Origin: Callorhinchus milii
Lineage: Eukaryota
Assembly: GCF_018977255.1 (NCBI RefSeq)
Contig: NW_024704743.1
Coordinates: 51,462,001-51,526,000 of the forward strand
Direction of reading: 5' to 3'
DNA length: 64,000 nt
Numbering within the stretch: the stretch's first letter is position 1; every line of letters starts with the position of its first letter. This document shows, piece after piece, positions 50,850 to 61,254 of the stretch. The position numbers were made by a program, and so were the translations under genes. Under the pieces are notes generated by a model. It ran no database searches and was not told the origin of the DNA. It saw only the letters and a program-made list of their open reading frames with translations.

Positions 50850-51575
50850 CACCTATGCTAAGGATTCAATAAGGTAATGATTAATGAGTAGTTTCTACTT
50901 GTTGGTGAATCCAGAGCAAAACACCATAAATATTAGACAGTTAGTAGCAGATTTAAAAGGGAGTTTAGGAAGAACGTTTTTTTCACACAGAGGGTGATGA
51001 GAATGTGGAATTCATTACCTGAAATTGTGGTTGAAGCAAAAAGCATCCAAAGCAGAAAAAAACGTGTGTCAGCTTGGTTCAGTGTTAGCACCATCGCCAC
51101 TGAGTTAGAAGGTTGTGGATTCAAATTCCAAATTGGGACTTGAACTCACACAGTCTAAGCTGACACACTCCAATGCATTGTATTACATTGATGGAAGTGC
51201 TGTCCATTGGATGAGATGTTGACCGAAGCCCTGTCTGCCTGTTAGGTGGACTTTAAAGATCCCATGGCACTATTTGGAAAAGGAGTTTCTCCCAGGGTCC
51301 TGGCCAACAATACCCCAAATACAATTGGTTATTTGTTTCACGCCATCTCACAGTAATTTCTGTCACGTGCTTTGAGATGTCCTTCTGATGTGATAAGGCA
51401 CTATAACAATGCAAAGATTATTCATCATTTATTTAAAATGATGCATATGTAAAGGAGAAAGTAACAAGGGGTATGGTAAAGAGGATTTGGAGGGGTGGAA
51501 TATAAACACCATCATCAATTAATTGAGCCAAATGGCTTGTTTCCACCTGTATAGTTCAATGTAATTCTATGTAAG
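50850..51575 (+). mobile_element. CR1 3' end split by a DeuSINE
   Basis: Encodes FTQRVMRMWNSLPEIVVEAKSI. The 3' UTR resumes after about 51430 and ends gccaaatggcttgtttcc...gtaattctatgtaa. Confidence 0.82.
51064..51428 (+). mobile_element. DeuSINE inserted in a CR1 3' end
   Basis: ctgagttagaaggttgtggattcaa head and ggtggactttaaagatcccatggcactattt core. CR1 sequence lies on both sides. Confidence 0.85.
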
Positions 51576-52131
51576 GAGCTTGGGTAATAACTAGTACTAC
51601 TTTCGGTGTATGTTGTGGGCTGTGTTCAGATAAATCCACATCAGTAGGTTACTTTATATCTTCCCCAGGCCACTCAAGTTTAGGTGCATAGTCTATCATA
51701 ATAACAGGAATTAGATACTCCTATCTAGACATGCTGAAATCAGGTTCTTCTTCATTGCTCACCAACCCTAAATGATTAATGACTAAACTGATACCGAATT
51801 ATAATAGAAAGAAACAGATGCTATGAATGCTGTATTGGTAGATGTCAAACTACATTGGTAATAATTATTCAAGATCTGTAGACATGTTTAGTCATTCAAT
51901 GAATAGTAACATAATCGTAGCTCAACAGCTAAATATGACCTACTTTGTCTTTGTTAGCAAGTCACTTTCTGTTTATGGTAAAATGTCACACAAAACCACA
52001 CTGAGATAATTAGAGCTTTATAAATGATTGAAAACCATTTTTTAAAAGAAACAACAATGTCTTAGACTGGGCAGTGTGTTGATTCTGATCTCAATCTTTT
52101 GACAATAAAGTCAAACAGGTTGGGTAAGTCC

Positions 52132-52168
52132 TATTCTGACGAAGTGTCGTGGACCCGAAACATTGACT
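52132..52168 (+). ncRNA. Minimal hammerhead-ribozyme-like motif (degenerate copy)
   Basis: CTGACGA (52136-52142), stem II gtgtc/gaccc, GAAA (52157-52160), then cATT and gact. This is the CUGANGA...GAAA...UH order of minimal Penelope hammerheads. Stem I and the ACGT palindrome are mutated in this copy. Confidence 0.65.
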
Positions 52169-52265
52169 CACTTTCCTTTCTCCATAGATGCTGCCTGACC
52201 TGCCGAGTGTTCCCAGCGACTTCTGTTTCTGTTTTAGATTTCCAGCATCTGCAGTATTTTGCATT
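52133..52265 (+). mobile_element. Solo Penelope terminal-repeat fragment carrying a hammerhead-like core
   Basis: Closely matches the reverse complement of 55243-55345 followed by 56877-56908. Flanked by the exact direct repeat ttgggtaagtc (52120-52130 and 52266-52276). Confidence 0.88.
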
Positions 52266-52663
52266 TTGGGTAAGTCTTCCCTTGACAAGCAGTGGGAAGC
52301 TTGAGAGATAATGGTTTCAATGGCAAGTTATCAGGCTTTAGCTGGTTAAACTCTAGCAGTTAAATTCAACACGTTTATCTAGATTCCCAAGCTTTGGCCC
52401 TTGTCAACCTGTGCCTAATACTCTCTGGATTAGGTAAGCAGGAATCAACCGTTTAGGGAGAAAGTGTGCATTCCATTTCAGACACAAGAATTTGCATGTG
52501 TAGATGGATGCAAGGAACTTTCAGTCTGGTTTGGATATTGTTAAGCATGGTGATGGGTTACCACATGTGTCAGATATCTGGCTGACCAAAACAAAAAGGT
52601 CTGCAACCAATCATCTTCTTCTGTATATCATCAGGATTTCACCAGCCACATCTATATCTAATC

Positions 52664-52986
52664 TGGAGTCCTGTAGATCAGTGGTTAGAACACTCACTTT
52701 GCAAGCGAGAGACCTGGATTCGATTCTCAGCAGGGTGAAACCTTTGGCAAGTTTCCTTACTCCACATGCCTGATAATAATCACTCAAAAAAACCGATAAT
52801 AAATTGATCATTTTCAATCCACAATTGTTTGTGGGACACTGCTGTGCGCAATTGGCTGCCACATTTTGCCCACAAATATATAGTCAATTCACTTTACAGT
52901 CTATTCTGTGAAGTGCTTTGAGATGTCTAGAAGAGGTGAAAAGCGCTGTATCAAGTGCAAGGATTATTTTATTTTATTATTATTAT
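52664..52986 (+). mobile_element. SINE family A, short form, full length
   Basis: Same head, body and tail as 41877-42198. Confidence 0.94.
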
Positions 52987-53164
52987 CTATGTTGTATTGG
53001 ACATCTTGTAAGGGTTGTTGGGCAGGAAAACTCAAATGTCACTGTGGTAGATACTCTGAATGATTTCTCCCTCAAATGGTTAATATCATTTGTTATTTTA
53101 ATGTGTTGAAACCAGGATTAAGTTAATTATATTTCTTCTTTTTAAAATATGGCCACATAGAATT

Positions 53165-53366
53165 GGCCTTTCATTGCATAGCTATTTGTGGAACATTGCT
53201 GTGTGTAAATTGGCTGCTTCAATAGCCTACCAAATAATAGTAACAATAATACTCGTCTTTACATTTAATCACTACATTTCACATTAAATTTGTCAAAGTT
53301 CTCTGAGGTGTTGTCCCAAAACGAAAGATGTTATATCAAATGTAAAGATTATTATTATTATAATAA
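53165..53366 (+). mobile_element. Degenerate SINE 3' half (Deu-type)
   Basis: tttgtggaacattgctgtgtgtaaattggctgc...ttatatcaaatgtaaagattattatta. Confidence 0.75.
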
Positions 53367-55308
53367 TACCTTTTGTCTTGTTAAATAAATAAATGTTTTC
53401 CATCACTGGTGCCTCCATGTACTTTTTCCTTGGTAGTGGAAAACTAAATGTCACATGAAGAAAGGTCTGCAGTGATGTGTTCCCGTGTTCAGCACATTCA
53501 CTTTCTAAACTGTCTAGATGTGTCATGCCTTTTTCCACAACTTCCTTGCTTTATGCACAAGAAGACTGCTTTCCTTGCGATAACTACTTAAAGCAGATGG
53601 ACAACTGTTAGCCAGTTATACATATTTGACATCAATTAATGTAAATATACACTATGGAGTCTAAAATGCATTGTTTCTTGATCCTTCAATAAAGAATCAG
53701 AGACACAACTTGGGGCCCCTGAGGTAACCAAAAGTTAATGGCTCTATCCTAGGAAATTTTGATCCAATGTGAGGTTCTCCCAGAGAAATGTTGTCAGCGG
53801 TTGGTGAAATTTTTGACGGGATTCCTTATTCAGGAATCTTTAGAAATAATGCATTTTAGACCATTAAAATTTTAGATATAACTCGTATTACAAAAATTGG
53901 GGTTTAATTACGAATTTAAAAAACCATTCCTTAAATTACAAGAAATTTTACATGTAGCTGAATATGCTCAGAAAATGTCTGACCAGTAGTTCATCTTACA
54001 GAGGAGGAGATATGAATAATGCACTTTAGCACAGAAGAAATAATACAAATAGAAGTGTTGCCGATTATGATAAAACTTGCTTTAAAATATGGTTTCAATT
54101 GGTGTTCGAGTCTGTCCGTATCCGTTATGACCATACCTGTATTATATTTAATGAATAAATCACAAAATTACAGCAATTATACCAAGTACAAGAATACTAC
54201 CAAATTATTGTATTCCACTGTAAGTGACAAACGTGCCCACAAGTAAGATACAGAAGTCTTCATTGTTTTAAATTGAACCAAACCTCTGTTGTCATGACTT
54301 TGGTTCTACATCTGACGATCATTACGATGGCTGAGAAACTTATAGCAAGATCAGAAAAATTGTGCTGTTTACATGAAGACATTTTGGGGGTTATTCACCA
54401 CTTCTGCAAATTTACCTTCAAGAGATAGCAAGCACTATATCATTCTGCACCTGTTATTAAACTTAGCAACATTTGATAGTTTATACCTGCATTATGCATT
54501 ATCTAAAATAATATCTCTCAGGAACCTACCTGATATACAGAACTACACAATATTATGTGTTTGATTCTGATCATCTCGGCCTTCTTCCATACATTCAGCA
54601 ACCAGAGGTCAATATGAGTACCTTCTGATAGGAACTAAGGGATTATAGTTAAGCTGTCATGAGGAATGCCGTAGAAAATGATTTGAAAAGGCAATAGCAA
54701 CATTTCAGAATCATCAATAATGGAAGTGATGTGCTGTTTTAACACTGATTATAGGATTTTAAAGTATCTAATGAAGTACGGTACTGTAGGTCATTAACAA
54801 GGATCATGAGAAGTCGGATTGAAGGCATCTCACTAATTCTTTGTCGAACACATTAATACGCTTCACCTCCTGTTATTTATTGCATTGGCCTCCCATGCTA
54901 CACACTATTCATCGCAAAAAGGATAAATAAGTGAATTAGACCGAAGTATCCATTTATGCAACTTTTCTGTTACCCACCTGGAATTGTACGAGGGTGGACA
55001 ATAATGATTTTCTTTTGCTTCCTATGGAAAATCAACTATCCAGCCTTTTGTACAAAAAATACAATAGAAAGAATTTGTATTGTATTTGTATAAAGCCTTA
55101 GTACATTAAAATACCTTAAACCAATTCACAGCAAGTATGTCCAGTGTAATGACAATTAGTAGGGAAACATGGCATTGGCATTGTTTTTGGGCAAAGAAAG
55201 GTCCCACAGACCATCACAATGGTCAATTTATCTGGAGACTTGAAACAGAAACAGAAGTCACTGGGAACACTCAGCAGGTCAGACAGCATTTATGGAGAAA
55301 GGAAAGTG

Positions 55309-55345
55309 AGTCAACGTTTTGGTTCCTCGACCCTTTGTCAGAACT
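55309..55345 (-). ncRNA. Minimal hammerhead-ribozyme-like motif with core mutations
   Basis: The minus strand reads agtt CTGACAA agggtcgaggaacc AAAACGTT gact. Stem I (agtt/gact) and the ACGT palindrome are intact, but two core Gs are A, both at CpG positions. Confidence 0.55.
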
Positions 55346-55470
55346 GGGGCATGTTGGGAGGGAGAGGCTTTTAAGGGTTAACAGAGAGGGGAGGCATGGC
55401 AAGGAAGACAAAGGAGAAAATGGGATAGAGGACAGGGGATGACCTTAAAGAGATGTTAATGATTTAACAC

Positions 55471-55756
55471 ATCATTTTTGATATAGCGCTTTTCACGTCT
55501 TCTAGACATCTCAAAGCGCTTCACAGAATATACTGTAAAGCGAATTGACTGTTTATTTTGTGGGCAAAACCAGCAGCCAATCGCGCACAGCAGTGTCCCA
55601 CAAACAGTCATGGATTGAAGTGACCAAATTATTTATTTTTCTTGAAGGATTGTTATCAGGCATGTGGAAACTTGCCCAAGGTTTTGACCTGCCGGGTATC
55701 GAACCCAGATCTCTCACTTGCAAGGTGAGAGCTCTAACCACTGAGCTAAAGGACTC
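55471..55756 (-). mobile_element. SINE family A inserted into the inverted arm of the Penelope element
   Basis: Reverse complement has the gagtcctttagctcagtggttagag head and gtgaaaagcgctatatcaa end. Purine-rich Penelope sequence continues on both sides. Confidence 0.92.
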
Positions 55757-58700
55757 TAACAATACAAAAGGGGAAAATTGCAACAAAATAGGCAGATCAG
55801 AGAGAGAAAATGTGTGTCTGGGACCCAGATGATGTGGTAATGGTCACAGAAGAGGAAGAGGGGGAAGGTGACCTGTTATGGTCTGAAATTGTTGAAATCA
55901 ATATTGAGGCCAGAGGGCTGTAAGGTCCCTAGCAGATAAATAAGGTGCCGCTCCTCGAGTTTACGCTGTGGGTCATTGAAACAGCGTAGGAGGCCGTGGA
56001 TGGAGAGGTCAGAGTGTGAGTGGGAGGAAGAGTTGAAATGGCAGGAAACCAGAAGATCAGGGTGTGCTCGACTTCACCTTTTCCATCTATCAACATATAT
56101 CTTTTACAAGCCCACTAACTCCCACAGTTACCTGGATTACACCTCCTCCCACCCCACCTCCTGTAAAGACTCCATTCCCTTTTTCTAGTTCCTCCGCCTC
56201 TGCCGCATCTGCTCTGAGGTTGTCACCTTTCACATCAGAGCAGCTGAAATGTCTTCCTTTTTCCTCAACTGAGGATTCTCATCCACTGTGGTAGGCAGGG
56301 CCCTTGACTGTGTCCGCCCTATTTCCCGCAACTTTGCCCTCACCCCTTCCCCCTCTTCCCAGAACCATGATAGGGTCCCCCTAGTCCTCACCTTCCATCC
56401 CACCAGCCTCAACATCCAACAAATAATTCTCCACCATTTCCGGCACCTCCAGCATGATCCAAACACAAAACATATCTTTCCCTTCTCTCCCCTCTCAGCA
56501 TTCTGAAGGGAATATTCCCTCCATGACTCCCTGGTTCATTTCTCCATCATCACCAGCAGTTGATCATCTCCCCCCAGCACCTTCCCATGCCAGCACAGGA
56601 GATGCAATACCTGCCCTTTTACCTCCTCCCATCCCACTACCCAAGGCTCCAAACACAGATTTCAAGTGAGACAGTGATTTACGTGCACGACCACCAATGT
56701 AGTTTACTGCATTGGCTGCTCACGAGGTGGTCTCCTCTACATTGGAGAGACGAAAAGCAGATTGGGTGACCAATTTGCCAAACACCTCTGTTCTGTCCGC
56801 AAGTACAACCCTGAGCTTCCGGTTTCTTGCCATTTTAATTCTCCCTCCCACTCACACTCTGACCTCTCCATCCAGTAGATTTCCAACATCTGTAATATTT
56901 TGCGTTTTACCTGGGGACTTGTTGGTAGAAACTCTTTTTTTCAAATAGCACCTTGGGATCTTTAACAAATATAATATTATGAATATTATGGGACAATAAT
57001 TCAAGAGGACTCAGCATTGTCTAGTCAATTCAATGGTCTTCAGCTAGTTTTGCATTAAAAGAAGATCCCCATTGAAGTATCTTACAGACAGATGAGAATG
57101 CCCAGATGTTATCACTTGGGTGTGAGTGAACTTTATTAGAGCTCAAATATTTGCATATCTGTCTTTTTAAAAAAATCAGTTAAGATATTAGCTTTGAGAT
57201 TTCAGTACAAAGAATGCACGGGATAGAACTGTGAATAGAAATAGTATATCAGGAATCCTCTCCTCAAGAGTTGCTGAAGTGACTTTGCAGAAATGACACA
57301 GAGGGAAAATCTGTAGTGTGATTTTGGAGCATGTTTGGTGGAATTGAGAGTCAAAATTCAACTTCCATTTATCAGACTTTTTGAATCGAGAATCTGGATT
57401 TTGATTCCTTTACCAGCATTCTAGTTATATATTCAGACTTAATAACCATTGCCTTGGTGCTTAAAAATAACATGAGACTGCACTTACCTCAATTTGCCAG
57501 GGTGTCATGCAAATCAGATGCAGCCAAATAGGACAAATTCAAATGGAGTCGATTTAGATTTATTCATATTTGGAAATGACTTGGGAGCTCAGCCCATCTC
57601 CTCAGCTGTACTGTATATGACCGAGAAATGAATCAAGCATTTTCAGTAAAATAATCACAGTTTTATTGTACCTACAACATGCTACTCCAATGCAAATCAA
57701 CACCTAGCTTTCACTGAAAGTCTGCTTCTGACCAGGAACACTGGGATATTTAGAACACTAAATCCTTCCAGACCCACTCATAGATTCAGCATCAATTCAT
57801 CTTTATTGTTATTTTTGATCACAGCTGAAAATTTACATTCAACGCAGGATCCATTAAGGAGCCACATTTAATGCAGTGTCTCTCAGGCTGCCACGCTTCA
57901 GGACCTTTTCTGAATAAGCAGCATCATGATTTGTTTGCGAGAAAGCACTGGCCTTTCTCCACTGCCATTAAGAGTTCCATGAAATTTGTTTATCAAACTG
58001 TAAGGACGGAGAACCAGAAATGCAAAGTGCTGCAGAAAACACTACTGAATCCATACATTATTGATCCCAAGGCCCTGCAAACCATTAGTAAAATGCTCCA
58101 TTATATACAGATTAAGCAGTTTGGTTATTATAACATAAAGCTAAACTGACTTCATAATCATTGCTAGTCCTACCAAGTCATTTTGATCTGTCCCAGTGGA
58201 AATGCCTTTAAAATAATAGCTAATATGGTTGCTTGATTTAACCAGTCACATGTTGCTGTGCTATAAATTTATGCTGCACTATATTATGATAATAATTAAT
58301 ATTGGAACATAAAAATCTAAAGTAGATTCAACGAATTCAAAAGTTCAGGTATTTTGTTTAACATATTATTGTTAAAGTTCATTCAAGGAAACACATTTTT
58401 TGCAAATACCTACATCTACTATAAGGAATAAAGACATTCCCATAAATAATTGTCTCTTATAAACAAAGGAACAGCTGCGGAATACAGCACTGACTTTGCT
58501 GTAAAAATTAATTCAATGCAAATAACCATGTACTGAAATCTTATCAATTGTGAATGTGTAAACATATAGCAAGAACCTGACGGGTACATGGATGTTCATT
58601 GTACAGCGCGAGCCTGAAAGGAAATATTGGAGACATGAATAATAATCCTTACGTATGATATAGCGCCTTTCATATTGGGAACGTACAATATATAATGTGT

Positions 58701-59139
58701 ATCTGATATGTATGTTCAGGGACATGGGTCTATAATGCACAGCATGTGTCTGATAGACAACATTCGAGAACATGGTACAATTGTGTTCCAAAGGAATGTT
58801 TCATCTTGATAGTTAGCTTACTTATTTGCATCAAGGTGGTGGAGATTTAAACACATTTCAAATCTGTGATATTATCTGATGAAGGATGCAAACTGCTCCA
58901 TTTCATTATTAACAACATTTCTTTTTCGATCTTTATACAGAAATAATACAAAAATCAATTAATTAATAATGTACAAAACAAGCAGAAGGGTCATTTATAT
59001 AATTATAACAATTTACTTTTTTCTTTTGACAGAGCACTTTTATTATTTTTTTTCTGGCATTTATTTTGTTATGATTTCTTCCGTTATATATGTTTCTACA
59101 CCATTAATTTACTATTAGAACTATTGATCAGACTGATCT

Positions 59140-60130
59140 TAACGCTCAAGTGAGAAGGCAATTTTAATCTTTCAGGAGTAAAAAATGAACAGATACTCAG
59201 GAATGACAGCCCTCTATAAACTGATCTGCAGCCCCACATAACATCAAATTATATGCAGCCCAATATTATGAGCTACACAGCGATTTCATAACAAAACAGC
59301 CCTCATCCTTACATGCCTTGCAATATTCTACCATTGATGTCAGAAAGAGAAATAAGAAGAGAAAATAATTAGCATATTAATCTTTTTTATAACATCATCT
59401 TTCAGGCCCATGCAACCATGGTGTAATTTAAATCTAAACGCTTTCTTGGCATTAGAATTCATTTTAGATGGGTCAATTGTTCCATAATAAAGGGATAGAA
59501 GGTGTACTTCATGCAAGAGATTTATGTTTGCCATTTGTTTATATTCATGTGCTACTGAATACCCTCAATTCAAATGGTGATGGCTGCTCATATCAGTATA
59601 CAGCCAGCACAGCAGATCACTAACCGGCAGCAATGAATTTCATTTCCAGGACAAAAAATACAGCGAAATTAACTCCAACAGTTTATTGATTTTTGCTTAA
59701 CAGAAGCTGGTATAACAGCTCTATTGCCCTCATAATGATTAGTGACAAAAGTTTAATTAAGCAATTATGAAGCCAATAATAGAGTTGTCTGGTTTGTTTA
59801 GCTTTAGTCCGTTTAAGACTTATCTCCCTCTTGCACATCATAGCAGCTGGAATGTGCTTGAAGAGATTAATGCTCGGAGAACACAGATGCCGACTTTAAT
59901 TCTGCTTCACGATGCTGTTTGAATGGAGTCAAGAACACAAGCTACCCTTTATCAAATTACAAGCCAGCTTTTCATGAATATGTAGTAAAATTCAGTTGTG
60001 GCTTCAAGGTGTAATTATAAAGACATACAACAAAAAAAGACACACAATTCTGTTGCAGTAATCCCTTCTATGAAATATGCATGATAATGTACAGCTGAAT
60101 AAAGTCTTACAATGTAATAAGGGGCTTTGG
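59140..60130. promoter_or_regulatory. Candidate conserved non-coding element / enhancer
   Basis: Repeat-free, with dense TAAT sites (taatgattagtgacaaaagtttaattaagcaattatg) plus TGACA and ATCAAA motifs. Conservation not tested. Confidence 0.4.
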
Positions 60131-60309
60131 CATTATGCAGTTACACAAACAACTGGCAACACTTTCCCAGTACTACTTCTGATTCTGCTGACTTTGTTTT
60201 TTCCTAATTCTCTGTGGTTTTATTTGTTACAGAAGAACAGGAAGTCTTGTGCTTTGATGTAACAGAATTTTCAGGGAGTGTTCCTCACTCTCATCAGAAA
60301 ACAAATAAT

Positions 60310-60968
60310 CCGCTCCCCTGATGGCTCAGTTGGTAATGCCACTACTCAGTGTGAAATGGAGCCACAAAAATCTCTCAGGTTCAGTGTGGCTTAGTCAGTA
60401 TTGTAGCTCTCTCGCCTCTGAATCAGTAGGTTGTGGGTTCAAGCCCACGTCGGGACTTGCAACTCAAAAAATCTATGCTTACACTCCAATGTTGTTCTGA
60501 GAGTGTGCTGCATTGTTGAAGTGCGTTCGTTCAGATGTGACATTAAACCGAGGTTCTACCTGTCTGATCAGGTGGACATTAAAGATCCAATTGCTCTATT
60601 TGAGAAGGGAGTTTATCCTGGTTTTCTGGCCAACAATCCCTTAAATCCAAAAAATGGTCATTCACCATAGGTTGTTTGTGGGACATTGCTGTGCAAAATT
60701 GGCTGCTTGTTTGCCCACAAAATACGCAGTCACCCCACTTTATAGTATATTCAACAACATGATAAGGTGTTGTATCAAATGCAAGAATCATCATCATTAT
60801 TATTGTTATATTTATAAGGTCTCAGGTTCATTCCTCAGCCTGTGTTAATACCGTTGATCTCAACGTGACAGCGATAGATGTTCCACAATGCTTGGGAGGG
60901 TAAAAAGTAGCTAATATTTCCACTCTTGATCACTATCCAGTGCTCAATGCTGGAAAGTATACAGATGC
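60310..60968 (+). mobile_element. SINE family B 5' half split by a DeuSINE (pieces 60310-60383 and 60820-60968)
   Basis: Head gatggctcagttggtaa...caggttca resumes after the TSD as ttcctcagcctgtgtt...gatctca...tgatcactatccagtg...gctggaaagt. Confidence 0.72.
60384..60819 (+). mobile_element. DeuSINE (SacSINE1-like), near full length, nested in a family B SINE
   Basis: Head ctctcgcctctgaatcagtaggttgtgggttcaagccc, Deu-type core acattaaaccgagg...caggtggacattaaagatccaattgctctatttgag, and L2-type tail. TSD tctcaggttca at 60373-60383 and 60820-60830. Confidence 0.88.
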
Positions 60969-60974
60969 CACTCT

Positions 60975-61088
60975 ATTCAGTATCCTCCCTGGCTTGGAGT
61001 CAAGCACCGCCACTGTTGCCACTCAGCGTTAAGCCTCCAAGACGCTACACCGTATGAAAAGCACTATATAAATGCAAGTTGTTCTTGA
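60975..61088 (+). mobile_element. L2 3' tail
   Basis: ctccctggcttggagtc...gaaaagcactatataaatgcaagttgttctt. Confidence 0.72.
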
Positions 61089-61254
61089 TTTTTCACCTCC
61101 TTATTCCAGAGGCAGTGGAGTTATTTGGAACTTTCTCAGTGCCATTGAGGTCAGGGCAGAGAACAAGGCAGTTACCAACTAATCTGCATGATGTCACTTC
61201 CACCCGCCAGGTTTGAATCACTAGTAGCAGCTACTGCATAGTATAGTACAGCCT

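Larger units (their letters stand above)
55243..56910. mobile_element. Penelope-like retroelement, truncated, with inverted arm (minus arm 55243-56065, plus arm about 56070-56910)
   Basis: The plus arm encodes YKPTNSHSYLDYTSSHP (RT C-terminus), RVPLVLTFHP, a Cys linker TFPCQHRRCNTCP and the GIY-YIG motif NVVYCIGCSRGGLLYIGETKSRLG (from 56696). The minus arm encodes the endonuclease end RKLEERHLIYLLGTLQPSGLNIDFNNFRP-stop (stop 55876-55878) plus the terminal repeat. Flanked by ctggagacttg (55232-55242) and ctggggacttg (56911-56921). Confidence 0.92.
55070..56968 (-). mobile_element. Old DeuSINE split by the Penelope insertion (pieces about 55070-55242 and 56911-56968)
   Basis: Left piece has agggaaacatggca...ggtcccacaga. 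Right piece has tcaaatagcaccttgggatctttaac, the next DeuSINE segment in minus orientation. Confidence 0.6.

Noticed and set aside
57481..57615. Minus-strand splice donor GAG/GTAAGTG suggesting a coding exon
   Set aside because: The upstream 120 nt has stops in all three frames from the nearest plausible acceptor, so a coding exon is not supported.
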